A stretch of 64,000 nt of DNA, from positions 839,344 through 903,343 of the forward strand of contig NW_008246075.1 of assembly GCF_000281045.1 (NCBI RefSeq), read 5' to 3'. Below, piece after piece: positions 1-11,926 of this stretch. How positions within the stretch are numbered: the first letter of the stretch is position 1; the number at the start of each line of letters is the position of its first letter. The position numbers and the translations under genes are program-made. Below the pieces are notes generated by a model that worked only from the letters and a program-made list of their open reading frames with translations, was not told the DNA's origin and searched no databases. Source of the stretch: Saprolegnia diclina VS20 (lineage: Eukaryota).

Positions 1-819
1 GGCGGCGGTGGATGGGTGGTCGCTGCAGCGGCGGCTAACGACGTCGGTGTCGTGAGGACGCACCGTGCAGGCGTATCGTGCTTGCCCCCACGGCTGCAAA
101 GCTTGCCTCCGAGAGATAAAGAGGCGAGGTGGCAGATAATCTGGGATTCCAAAGCCATTCGCCCGGAGGTTTTCCGGGATGGGGGCGCTCGAATTCCGGA
201 CGATGTACGGTTAGTTATTTGCCATCGTGGCGAATGCCAGCCAATGAGGAGCTTGGTGCGCCAAGCGCCCCGGCAATGGCCAATCAAATGCGTGGATACC
301 AAACCCAACAACCAATAGAATCGCTGGTTACCAACTTGACACACCATTCACATTGGCCTTTCAGTATGTGAAAGGCCCCACCACTCGGAGAGGTGATTGA
401 CAAGCTTTCATCGCTTGCGTTGAGTATGATGCGACGCATGTTGCCGCAAACTCGTGCATGCCTTCGTGTGTACAACTAGAATCAGCGCAAGACAAAGATA
501 AAGGGAGGAAGCGAAACATCTTGATAACTTGAGCAGCGCATTAGGAGCATACGGGGTCGCTGGACCACGTGGTCGTGCCCACGGTTGCCAACTGCGCTAC
601 ACTGGCGCGGTACATCGCCCGGAAGCGTCGCGACGTGCCGCCAGTGCATGTGGAGGTGACCTTGAGATCTGAGCGAATGAAGCCACAAGGCTCGTCGAGG
701 ACATCGACTTCTTCGTAGGCCGCACCGCAGTCGTAGTCGTCTGTCTTTGGACCAGCTTTGGCAGCGACAGTGGTGAGCTTTGAGCTCGGCAAGCGGGAAG
801 CACGAGCGTTGGACTTCAT
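1..819 (-). CDS. Possible multi-exon hypothetical gene running off the left edge
   Basis: ATG at 819 (MKSNARASRLP...). A plausible GTATGC donor near 552 and a TTCTAG acceptor near 476 join it to the LYTRRHARVCG frame. No recognisable domain. Confidence 0.3.
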
Positions 820-1304
820 CTGCAAAGGTGGCGTGGCGCTTTAGATGATGCGCGCAGTAGTTTTAGTGTCTGGCACAAGAGCCGCGCCCGAGACGTGGCC
901 GCTGCTACTGCTGTGGCTTATTTGTGCGGCTGGGATCGGGGCGGACGCGCGCAACATCCATGTCAATCAAATAAAAAATAGACGATCGCAACTACCGCCT
1001 CTAGCATTTGATATTCCATATTCGTTGTGAGAGGCAAGGTGCTCAACAAATTGCGTCGGCGGCTGCCAAAAGCCAAATGTCCACCAATCAGAAGCCATTT
1101 ATTCGCCCACAGCCACCAATCAGATCGCTGGTTACCGCTATGATTCCAGAGATTTGGCAGCCTCGCCGCGATAAAGATGCTTCGAGAAGCACGAGACCCA
1201 GGGTCCTTGAGGCGGCAGGTGGGGCAGCGGAAGCATGGAATGTTGGGGATGTCTTTTAGAATTCAGATTTACATGCAGCTATTACTGTAGTGTCGACGCC
1301 ATCT

Positions 1305-2438
1305 CTAGTAATCGTGGCTGTCGCGGCGACCGCGGCGCTGGAAGTCGCGGCCACCGTCCTTGCCACGGCCACCGTAGCCGTGCTCACCACGCGTGCGGCC
1401 ATAGCCGCGGCTCGAGTCGCGGTCGTACTGCGGGCGGGCAGGGCGGTCCTCGCGGTTGCGGGCAAAGGCAACGCGGATCGCCTGGCCGTCCAAGTCGGCA
1501 CCCGAGAGCTTGATCGCGCTGTCAACCGAGTCCGTGTCAACAAAGTTGACGTACGCAAAGCCGCGGAGCTCCTGCGTGTCACGGTCGACCGCGATGTGCA
1601 CGCGCTCGATCTCACCGCAGTGGGCAAACATGTCGTTGAGCATGCCCGAGTTGACGTCCGCCGAGATGTTGCCGACGTACACCGACTTGCAGCCGTCCGG
1701 CTTGGCGACGCGCTTCTGCGAGTTGTTGGTCTTGTGCGAGTAGTTGACGCGGAGCGTGCGGCCGTTGAACTCGGATTCGTCGAGCTCGAGCGCCTTGTCC
1801 GTCGAGTCGGTGTGCACAAACTCGACAAAGCCGTAGCCCAAGACGCGGCCCGTGTCCTTGTCCTTCGGGAAGTAGATCGAGCTAATGTCGCCGCAGTGGG
1901 CAAACATCTCGCGGATGCTGTCTTCCGTCACGTTGTACGGCACGTTAGCGAAGCGGATGCTCGTGCAGCCTTCCGGCTTTTCGGTGCTGGCCGGCGCGCG
2001 CTCACGCGGCTGCTCGGCCTTCTTGACGGCCATGTAGCGCGAACCGCACTGCTCGCCGTCGAGCTCGAGCGCGTTGGCAGCGGCCTCGGCGCTCTCAAAG
2101 CGCACAAAGCACGTGCCCATGGGCGTGCCGTTGCGCTTCTTGGGCATGTGGATCGACTCGATCTCGCCAAAGCGCGCAAACAAGTCGCTAATGTGCTCTT
2201 CCTCCGTGTCGAAGGGCAGGCCACCAATGAAGATGGTGCACGCAAGGCGGTCGGCGTCGGCGTACGACGAGAAGAAGTGGACCTTGGCCGGCATGCCCAT
2301 GAAGGCGAACTGCGGCGCGAGCATGGTCTTGGCCGGCGCGGCAAAGGCCGCGACGTGGAAGGACGAGACCAGCGCACGGAGCGCGGTCTTCTGGACCGGG
2401 CGGGCAGTAGCGGCGAGACGACCAATCGAGCGGAGCAT
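1305..2438 (-). CDS. RNA-binding protein with three RRM domains (nucleolin/NSR1-like) and a probable mitochondrial presequence
   Basis: Three RNP2/RNP1 sets (IFIGGL..GTCFVRF; IRFANV..GYGFVEF; VYVGNI..RGFAYVNF) and an RG-rich C-terminus. The N-terminus MLRSIGRLAATARP is Arg/Ala-rich and acid-free. Confidence 0.88.
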   Translation of the reverse strand: MLRSIGRLAATARPVQKTALRALVSSFHVAAFAAPAKTMLAPQFAFMGMPAKVHFFSSYADADRLACTIFIGGLPFDTEEEHISDLFARFGEIESIHMPKKRNGTPMGTCFVRFESAEAAANALELDGEQCGSRYMAVKKAEQPRERAPASTEKPEGCTSIRFANVPYNVTEDSIREMFAHCGDISSIYFPKDKDTGRVLGYGFVEFVHTDSTDKALELDESEFNGRTLRVNYSHKTNNSQKRVAKPDGCKSVYVGNISADVNSGMLNDMFAHCGEIERVHIAVDRDTQELRGFAYVNFVDTDSVDSAIKLSGADLDGQAIRVAFARNREDRPARPQYDRDSSRGYGRTRGEHGYGGRGKDGGRDFQRRGRRDSHDY

Positions 2439-3201
2439 CTTGACGTGGAAATATGGGGAGTGGAGACCATTTCCTTGGGTTTCCTTTGCGCACCAACCAA
2501 ACGTGCCAAATCATCACCTCTCAAACCGCATGCGACGGCCCCTCCTGTTTATGTGACCGCCACCAGACAATAAAACAAACTGGATTGTTGTATGTATCAC
2601 TCATGGGCCGGCCCCCAAATTACCTCTGAAAGAAAATATCCTGACACAACGCGTAGATTTTGGATATGCGACCGCGAGAGGTTATGAAACGCCTACCGGG
2701 ATTGCACCGGGAAAGATCGTCGTTTTATAATGCGACGTCCATACTCAGGTAGAGCTTCTTTCCGTCGAATAAAGTATGCCGTATTTAACCGCTGATTCGG
2801 CATGCGGCATGTCGATGCCAAGAATACGACGCGGACGAGAAACCGACGTGGCATGCGTCGGATGCAGCGCCGTTTGTTCGTGGCAGCCGCCGATGTCGCG
2901 ACGAGGCATGTGCCACGTTCACCGTATGGCGGACGGTCTTGTGATGGATAACATTGTCATCGTCCACTCGGACACTCGGAGCGAGCGCCGAATTAGGAGC
3001 CCAACATGGCCGTTGTGTACTCGACCGTGCATTATTTGTACTACCTAGTCGATGGTGCGTACTAGTGAGTAGTCGCCAACGACTAGCCATGGTGATAAGC
3101 TAGATAGCTACTGCGCTGTGGACTGTAGACCAGCGTGAGACAGCCAATCATGGCAAATGCCGATTTTGAGATTTTGAGAGGCGGCGTGTGCCGAATTTAC
3201 C

Positions 3202-4761
3202 ATGCTCCAGCATCTCGTCCGCGCCACGGGACGGCGATGGCGACGCCCGACGCTCGAACGAAGCGCGATGTACAGCATGGAAGCGTTCATGGAGTTTGAG
3301 CGCGAGCTCGCGAGGAAGCGCCGGGCGGAGCAGCCTCCGCAGGTACTCGTAGCCTCGATGGTCTTGGACGCTGACCATTCCGCAGGCGCCCAAGACGCTT
3401 CGCCTCCAGCCGCCCGTGCAGCCCCAAGACGGCGATTGCTGCAACCTCAACTGTCCCAACTGCGTCTTGCTCGTGTACCAGGAGCAGCTTATGGAGTACG
3501 AGGACAGCGTGCGCTGGAGCGAGATGGGTGCGCAGATGACGCTGCCGCCGCCAGCTCCCGTCGACACCGTCCTCACGATTGCAGAGATTTCGAGCCTCCC
3601 ACTTGACGTCGCCCATCGACCGACCGACGTGGAGCTGCTGCCCGTGCGTGTCAATACCGAGCTCGGCGCGTCCAGCGTTCGCCACATTGAAGTTGACATT
3701 TGCACGCCGTACAAGACTGCCGACAACCTCGTCGTGCACATGCGCAACGCTGAGAGCGCGGTCGCTGCCTGCGCGGCGCGGCTATGCGTGGACTTGGACA
3801 CTGTGCTCCGCGTGGAGTCCTGCGCCAACCTGCCACCAACCTATCTCGGCGCGTGGACGACAGTCGCGGCCCTTCTCACATGGGCTGTTGACCTGACGTC
3901 GCCGCTGCGGCCACGTCATTTGCGCTTGCTGGCAGCATACGCAACAGACGCCGCCGACCAAGCAGCGGTATTGGCGCTTGCTCAGACTTGGGCCAACGAC
4001 GGCGACGCCCCAAATGTGGTCGATCTGCTCTCGCAGTTTCCATCGATGGCGCTGTCCCTTGAAGCGCTCCTCGCCGTGGCCCCGCCGCTACTCGCACGAC
4101 AGTACACGGTCGCATCATCGGCGGAAGTGCAGCCGTCGACGGTCGCGGTCGCGGTGAGCCTCAAGTCGCGCGGCCGGTGCGCCATCAACTTGGCGTCGGT
4201 GTCGTCGCAGATTTTTGGCTACGTCAAGCGCTCGAGCTTTAGCGTGCTGCCGCCTTCGAGCTCGCCGCTGCTGTGTATTGGCACGGGCACGGGCATTGCG
4301 CCGTTCCGGGCGATGACGCAGGCGCGATGCCACGACGTGACGCGTGCATGGTCACCGATACTTCTCTTCCAAGGGTCGCAGCGACGCGACACCGACTGGC
4401 TCTACCACGCCGAGTTTGAAGCCGCGACAAACGCCGGCGTTCTACGTGGGTACTACCCCGTCTTTTCGCGCGAGCCTGGCACGGTAACGCGGTCATATCT
4501 AGCTTCGATGCGATGTGCACGATCCTGTAGGCAAAACAGTATGTGCAAGATGCATTGCGCGCATACGCCAGCCTCGTTGCCAAGGCCCTTGTCGAGGACG
4601 GAGCGACCGTGTGCGTTTGCGGGTCCTTGGCCATGGGCCGAGACGTCAAGCACGCGCTCGTGGCCTGCCTCGTCGACGCTTATGGCTGGACGGACGCCGC
4701 CGCCAAGGCGTTCATCGCGCGCCTCCAAGGCGACGGCAAGTACATTGCCGAAGTGTGGTAG
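3202..4761 (+). CDS. FAD/NADPH oxidoreductase (cytochrome P450 reductase-like FAD and NADP domains) with an N-terminal Oxidored-like Cys module; 3 exons
   Basis: Introns at ~3343-3385 and ~4483-4530 (GT..AG) join the frames. Motifs: PQDGDCCNLNCPNCV, RQYTVASS, IGTGTGIAPFRA, FSRE, YVQD, VCGS and terminal EVW*. Confidence 0.85.
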
Positions 4762-4814
4762 CCAAACCAAGAAAAAGGGGTTTCTCAAGCAACTTGAACA
4801 CTGTACGACGATGG

Positions 4815-6750
4815 TTAGCCGAGGAGCGGGTCGGTCTCGCGCCGGTACGGGCTCTGGCGCGTGGCCAAGGTCCCGACGACCGCGAGAAGCGCGCCGACGG
4901 GCAAGAGGAACCACGCGGCCGACGGCTGATGCGTCGAGACGTTGGTGTCGAGGCGGGTCGATGCTTTGGTCGGGAGCTTGCACTGCCGCGTTGCGCGCGC
5001 CCACGACAGCGACGCGTTAAAGGTCGACCACGGGCAGAGCTCTGTAGACACAATGCATGAGCGACATCAACGCCTCGGCCTTGTCGAGCGTACCGTCGTT
5101 GCAGAAGGGCAGCTGGAGCGGCTTGCCGTTGTAGATGAGGCGAACTGCGTACGCGTCGCCGTGACGACGGTCCATGTCGGCATCCTAGAGCCATCTTGAG
5201 ATGCAAGCACTTGAAGCGCGTCATTTTCAAATTACCCGGTAGACTTCGATGACGAGCATGCCGGCGTACGTCGTCCAGTGGCCGTCCCACGTCGGGCCCA
5301 TGGCGACCGCCATCATCGGCATCAGCGTCGAGTCGTGGCCTATGGTGTGCATACCATGAGCTGGATACGTCGTTAGATGATGCACACTTCTTACCCATGG
5401 TAATGCTGAGCTTGAGCGCGGACGACGGGTCGAGGATGACGGCGTCGACGCGCTTGAGGATGTCGCGCCACATGTGCTGCATGTCGAGCTTGGCGTATGC
5501 GCCGTTCTGGTACGACAGCTTCATGCGCGTGCGCGTCTGGACCTCGTTGATGAGTGCGTGAAAGAGCTCTTCGGTCGTGCCGTCGGGCAGCGGCAAGTTG
5601 TTGCATCTGCAGATTGTATCAAGTGTGTATCAAGTTGGTATCAAAAGTGCGTACCGCGCAATCATGAGGCACTCGAGGCACGTATCCCATTGAAACTTGA
5701 CACCGACGATCGCGTTAAAGCGCGCTTGGAGTGCGAGCACGGCCGGACTGTTCCGGTGCGCGACGACGGCCGGCGAGTTGTTGATCTCCTTGGCCATCTA
5801 TATCATTTCCTAATAAGATCTCTAATATGCACTAAGAAATGATTGTGTACACGGTCCAGCATCGGGCACGACGTGTCCCGTCGGTGGTCAATGTAGTCCG
5901 AGTTGGCGTCCGCCGTCATCCACGTGAGCATGTCATCCATGTTCGCCTCGTCCTTGGGCGAGTACGGGAAGAGTGTATCGACGAGCGCTTGGCCCGACCC
6001 GAGCGTCCGTTCTTGATCGTCACTACGACATAGCAATAAGACGACGTTATCCCAAGCAAGTAAATACGCACCTGCGCAGCAGAAGTTCGTGCCGTGCGCG
6101 TTCCTACACAGTGCACGTCCATCCACTGGATGATCCAGTGTCTGCTAGACGTACGCTAATCTTGTTGGAGGAAAAGAGCTTGCGCGGGCCGTGCCCAATG
6201 TAGGCGTCCCGGAGGATGCTATGTCGTAGGACGATGATGAATGTGGCGGCCATAGAGCAGTAAACCGTACGCGCCGTTTTGCCGGTGCTGCTCGCGGCCG
6301 ATGGGCAGGAGGCCGCCGACCATGCACGTGCCGTTGAGGACGTTGCGGTGGTTGATGTACTGCTTGCGGTACAGCCGCCCGTAGCCGCGCGCCTCGCTGC
6401 CATCGTCCAGGTTTTGCGTCTGCAGCATACCGTCCAGCGTGAGCGGCCGCGCATTTGGAGAGACAAAGGATTGTGCGTACCCACACTTGGTTGGTCGAGC
6501 AGTTCCACGTGACGCTCACGGGGCTCGGCGCAGTGTCCCAGCAAAAGACAGCGTAGTACGGCGCGCGGGCGCCGTGGCGGGCGACGACCTGCGCTTGGAC
6601 GAGCTCCAACTTGCGGCTCGTCTCGATGGGTGGAATGGCTTGGCGGGCCGCCATGCCCTTGGGGTCCATGCAGTAGTCGGGCAGCTTCCACCCGTCGTAG
6701 AAGGACGCGGCGGCGACCGCCAACCAAGCAGTCGTCAAAAGCAGCTTCAT
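4815..6750 (-). CDS. Histidine acid phosphatase with signal peptide and C-terminal TM anchor, multi-exon
   Basis: Signal peptide MKLLLTTAWLAVAAAS, catalytic RHGARAP near 6570, GHDSTL near 5330, and C-terminal hydrophobic AAWFLLPVGALLAVVG. Internal exon boundaries are approximate. Confidence 0.85.
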
Positions 6751-7539
6751 TAGCCGTGTCTCTTCTCGAGGTCAAAAGCACAAGTGAAGATTGCCGCAAC
6801 GATCCAGTGTGGTCGGCGCACTGTGCAGCTAATTCCACCCAACTTTGCCACTCACACCAAGTTCAGATTTCGAACGCACCAAGTGTATCTACGATGCGGA
6901 CGAGATTACTACTAAAGGGTCGTGTGGTATATACCATGCTATCAGAGCGTCTGTGGAGCGCTGTCGACGACTAGTACGAGAGGCTCGAGAGAGAGAACAA
7001 CTACGAGAGGGTCGCTTCACGAGGCAAGTGCTTGAAGAGTCGGCTCGTGCAGCCGCGCACGCAACTGCTGGTATTACATGTCGCGTGTATGATCTTTTGA
7101 TGGGTCTAGGAGAACGCACCCATCCAGTATTGCTGCAGCTTGCGCCAGTTTCTTGCGCCACGACGTCAGCCCTCCGCTGTGCACTGCGACGCATATCTCG
7201 TGGCCAATCGAACCAGTATTGCGTCCTTACCGTTGTACCTATATCCCCTTTGGATTCCTAGCCCTCTCTATGGCTGGCTCAACTCTCCAGATATTAGTAT
7301 AGTCGTTATGGCAAGGTGGTGCAGGCAGCACACTTTTGACGCCGATGGGCAGCAACGGCGCCGGCTGTAAGTCACAAGGTGAATGGCGTGTTTTTAGCCA
7401 ATCTGTAGTTCAATATCCATGTTTTATTATGCATACAAATACACTGTCCACGAAGCCTATTTTTATTCTTTGGCCTATCACCGTGCAGCAGGATGTGTCT
7501 CGGGTCCCGATTACGGAGCATTCAAGTTGAAGTGGTGAG

Positions 7540-10500
7540 CTACATGATCGAGACGGGCGTCGCGTCGACGATGTACACGGGCGTCTGGACCATGCCGTCG
7601 CCGCTGCGGTCCGACGTCCGGTGGCGTCGGTGCACGACGACCGCCACAACGACCGCGAGCGCCGCGACGACGAGCGCAATCATGACGACGGCCGCCGGCG
7701 ACGGATCCGATGCCGCCCCCGAGTTCGTGTTGTCTTCGTTGACCATGGCCCGCCACGCTGCGGTGACAGTCGAGTTCGCCGCCTCTTGCCCGTTGCAGCT
7801 GGTCGGTGGCAGCGGCGCAATGTCGTGGGAGCGCACCTCGAAGCTACTGACACTCCATACGCTCACGTTGCGGCTCTCGGTGGGCGCGGCGACGCAGTCA
7901 CGCCGACTGCGATCGTAGAGAAATCCTGCGACGCACGCACAGTCGCAAAAGCGCTTGTTCTTTCGTAGCACACAGGTCGAGTTCGGGGGGCCGGCACAGG
8001 CCGTGGTGGTTGCATTCGCGCCTCCACATGCGTGGGTGTTGCAGCCGATGTGCGTTACGGGCTTGATGACGCCGGCACATTCGCTGTATGAGAGCGTCGT
8101 GGTGTGTCGCCGGTCCATGCAGCGGACGACGCGCCGCTTCTCGCCACCGCCGCAGGTCGTCGAGCATTGCGACCACTCGGACGAAACCCACTCGGTGCGG
8201 GCCGACGCCGACGTGCAGAGCCGCAGCTTTTGGCCTGGACATGCTTTTGTCGACAGCGTAATGGTCCCTGGCGCACGACATCTAGAGAATAAGAGATGAC
8301 TAAGATGAAGCCATCGCCAACGAACGTACGCGGCGGGATCGTTGACAAAGCAAAAGGACGCGCCGGACGATGCGTTTCGGAAGCAGCCGCCCGAGGTGTT
8401 GATGCTGGGACACTTGGGCGTTGCCGAACACCCGCAGGGGTTGCTAGGTCGTGGCCGGGGTGTGGTAGGCGATGGCGTCGTTGCGTTCGAGAGCGAACAC
8501 GGCTTGTAGAGCTCGCCCGGGCAGTCCATCGAGCTCAGTACCTGGGCCCCAAGGCACCTACATAGAGGAGTTGAGAATGAGAAACGAAGTGCGGTGGTGG
8601 ATATACCGAGATGGGTCCTTGACGTAGCACCAGCCTTGGCCGTTAAAGTTCTTGCACCCGCCATTCGGAATTGTCGGACAACGACTGGTCGTCGAGCAGG
8701 CGCATGCATCGTCGCGGCTCGTTGGCGTCGGTGTCGTGTTGGTTGGCGTCGGCCCCGTTGTCGTCGCCACGATGGTCGTCGGCACATACGACGCGCCATT
8801 GGTTGTTGCCGGTGGCGTCGTGGGAGCCGGCGTCTCGGTGGTGGGAACTGGCGTCTCGATGGTAGGGATCGGTGTCGCTGTCTTTGACGGTTCTGACGTG
8901 CTGCTCGACGGTTGCGGTGTCGAAGCGTTCACGGCCGGGCAGCTGGCCTTGGAGGTAATATAGTACAGAGGTTTGCCTTGCGCATTGGTGCACGCGTCCG
9001 ACGGGAGCGCCGACGCACACGCTGCATAGCCGACGACGTAGCAGTAGTAGAACTGATCCTTGTGCTTTTGACAGCCCGGTCGGTTGAGCTGCGTACAGAG
9101 GTTGGTGGTTGCGCAAGCGCACGGATCTTGCGGCACGACGCTCGGCGTCGGCGTGCTATCCGTCGTTGGCGATGGCACCGTCGTCACCGGTGTCGGTGTC
9201 GGCGTCACCGTTGTCGTCGCAGCCGTGGGGCTCGGCGTCACTGTTGTGGGATTCGGTGTCACGGTTGTGAGGGTCGGTGTCGGCGTCGCTGTTGTAGGTG
9301 TCGGTGTTGTCACCGGTGTCGACGGAAAGGGCGAGAGACACTTGGCTTGCACGGACGCCACGTAGCTGCACACTTGATTATTGTCGATGAATCGCATCGG
9401 CGTCGACCAGTCGTAGCTCATGATACCGCCCTCGGCAAACGTATGCTGCGCGTTAAAGTTGTGGCCAACCTCGTGGCCAACGAGGATCCACGTCCCGGCC
9501 GCCCCGTCGATGGAGACGCCCGTGTTGTAGCCGACGCTGCCGGTGCAGAGCGTCCCGATCCAAGCGATGCCCGCGACCGTCCCCGTGTACTCTACACCAC
9601 TTATGTATAAGCCTGTTGCGTCGCCTCCACATAACAAACATACGCGGGTCGGCGTTGCAGTTGGTGTGGAGATGCCACAACCCGCAGGGTTGGGACCCAC
9701 AGAGCGGCGGCGCGCCCGTTGCGACCCAGCTACACGCAGAAAACGTTGAGCTCTTCGCCGCGGATAATATCCAAACGACGTACGTTTTCATCGTGTCGAG
9801 GTGCGTGCTCATGACCGCGTTGGCGCCGCAGCCGCCCGGCGCCACGTTCCACTCTGGTCCACCGACTTGGGTCTCGATGAGGAAGGTTCCGATCGCCAAG
9901 TGCACGCCAATCTGCTCGTCGTAGAGTCCGTTGACCGAGTTGTAGACTGCAATGAGGTACGACTGCGTCGCCGCAGCACCGCCTGTTCCGCAAACGTTAC
10001 ATGAGACGAAGCTCAAGGGCACAAGAGTGCGCATACCGTGCTGTGCCGTAAAGCCAGCGTCGGACGCGACACCCACGAGGAGCTGCTGCGCGGCCCAGCC
10101 ACAGTTTTGCATGCGGCCCCACGCGAGCCGGCGGTGGTCTTGGCCCTCGACGTGGACGTCGGCAAGTGGTACATAGTACGCGACCATGCCCGAATTTGAT
10201 GCTCGCGCACCTGCGTGCTGCTCAACGAGGTCGACAACCAAAAGACGGTCATCCATTTTGAGCGTGGCGTGGAACCGATGACCGTCTTGCAGCGTGAGGC
10301 GGGCGTAGCCGCCGTTGAGGACGGACCCCGCGTACGCAATGTCGTGGGGCGATCCCATGGGCAGCGTCGCGTACTCGGGACCCGTGTGGGCGTAGATGAG
10401 CGCTTCTGGGTCGAAGAGGGCGCGGTGTCGCTGCACGAGAGCGACGACGTCGACGCCGTGGGTTCGAAACGTGACGTTCAGCTGCTCGGGGGCGCTGGCG

Positions 10501-10706
10501 AATCGAGAGGACAATGGTGGCGAGATGCTGAGCACTTTGACCTCATCGAGGTCGCGGGTTGAGCTGTCACCGAGCACTACACAGAGACGCCGTTAAGATT
10601 GCACGGGGACTTTGGAAAAAATACCGTCGTCGAGCGACGCAAAGTGGGTCTGATGCGCGACCGTAGCGAGCGGCCAGAGAACGAGCCACCGAAGGAGCGC
10701 GACCAT
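7540..10706 (-). CDS. Reprolysin/M12B zinc metalloprotease with Pro/Thr linkers, Cys-rich modules, TSP1, EGF-like and TM domains; multi-exon
   Basis: Signal peptide MVALLRWLVLWPLATVA from ATG 10706. HEVGHNFNAQH plus Met-turn GGIMSY near 9415-9476, GIAWIGTLC, TSP1 motif WSQCSTTCGGGEKRRVVRC, CDCACVAGF, and TM segment VVMIALVVAALAVVVAVVV. Confidence 0.85.
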
Positions 10707-11926
10707 AGAAGCCGATCGCAAATGCGGAAATGCAAAGTGGCGGGAGCTATCTTTACATCGACTTTGCACATCACGAGGCTAAAGTTAGCGTAGAAAGGCA
10801 CCGTTGCTATTTTTACAATGTCGACCAAGACAGTCCGCCATCCTCTTTGCCCTTTGACCGACAGCAGCCATCGACACCGAAAGGCTTTGTCTTCTCGCGT
10901 TGCAGAGTGCCACGATATGGCCATGGGCTACAAGAGGATCCGTTTCGAGCCCCGGTTCTAAAGACGTTCGAGGTGCTGACGTTGGCGTCACCTCTCGTAC
11001 TCCCCTGTCTTCATTGGTACCAACAGGACGACTTATCAATCCGCCGCGAATACAGATCGAATAACGTTAATTCTACGGACTGTCAAGGCCATAAACTTTA
11101 CGTAATGTATGGCCTTGGTACTGTGGATTTCAGAGAGAACTCGGACAGGGGTATCCGCAGCCATTCGTTGAGCCGAGGTCAACGAGCGAGGATCACCGCG
11201 TCGCGTTGAGCGACACGTTCATATGTCGGCATTACAGTGTCGACCAGGCAATGGGTACGACGTGTCGCTGCCTACATCCGAGAGCTATGGTCTGCACACC
11301 CGTCGTTAGCGTGAGGAAGCTGTTGCTACGGGGGCGTCCACGTCATAACGAAACACAGAGATTGTGGTCGGTGGGTTGTAACATTCAGTCACTATCACAA
11401 CAGCGATGAGTCTGTCGTGGTCGATGTACGAATCTGCTCTGCGCACGCTGGAAGCCGACTTTAGACGGCCTGTCGCGATCGCAGACGAAGGAGCGGATCA
11501 GGCGGCGTGAAATGAATCGTCCTGAGAGGCAGCCACGGGCGACGGCCTGCCCGTACGCAACAGCAGGCCACAATGATAAGCAATCATTCATCCGTGCGGA
11601 AGGATGCGGCCCGTTCCTAAAAGAGTGCACTGCCGACAACTCGTCGTTGCAGCGTGCGATGTCAAGTCTTTTATCAACTTTTGCAATCTCGATACACGAT
11701 AAAAACGTTGGCTACGGCCAAGGTGGTGGCTGTCCCCATTCAAAGCCACAGTCGCTCGCATAGAAGAACGGGCGTGACGAGCCAAGGACTGGCGTCGGGC
11801 AGGTTGCCCATGTGCAACGTCCTTCACAGTGGGATGCCGTCTGGTTGCACGACCCGGCATCAGCTGCCCATCCGATGCCTGAGCTTCACTTTTCAACCGT
11901 CTCTGCTGCCGACAACCCGTTTTACC

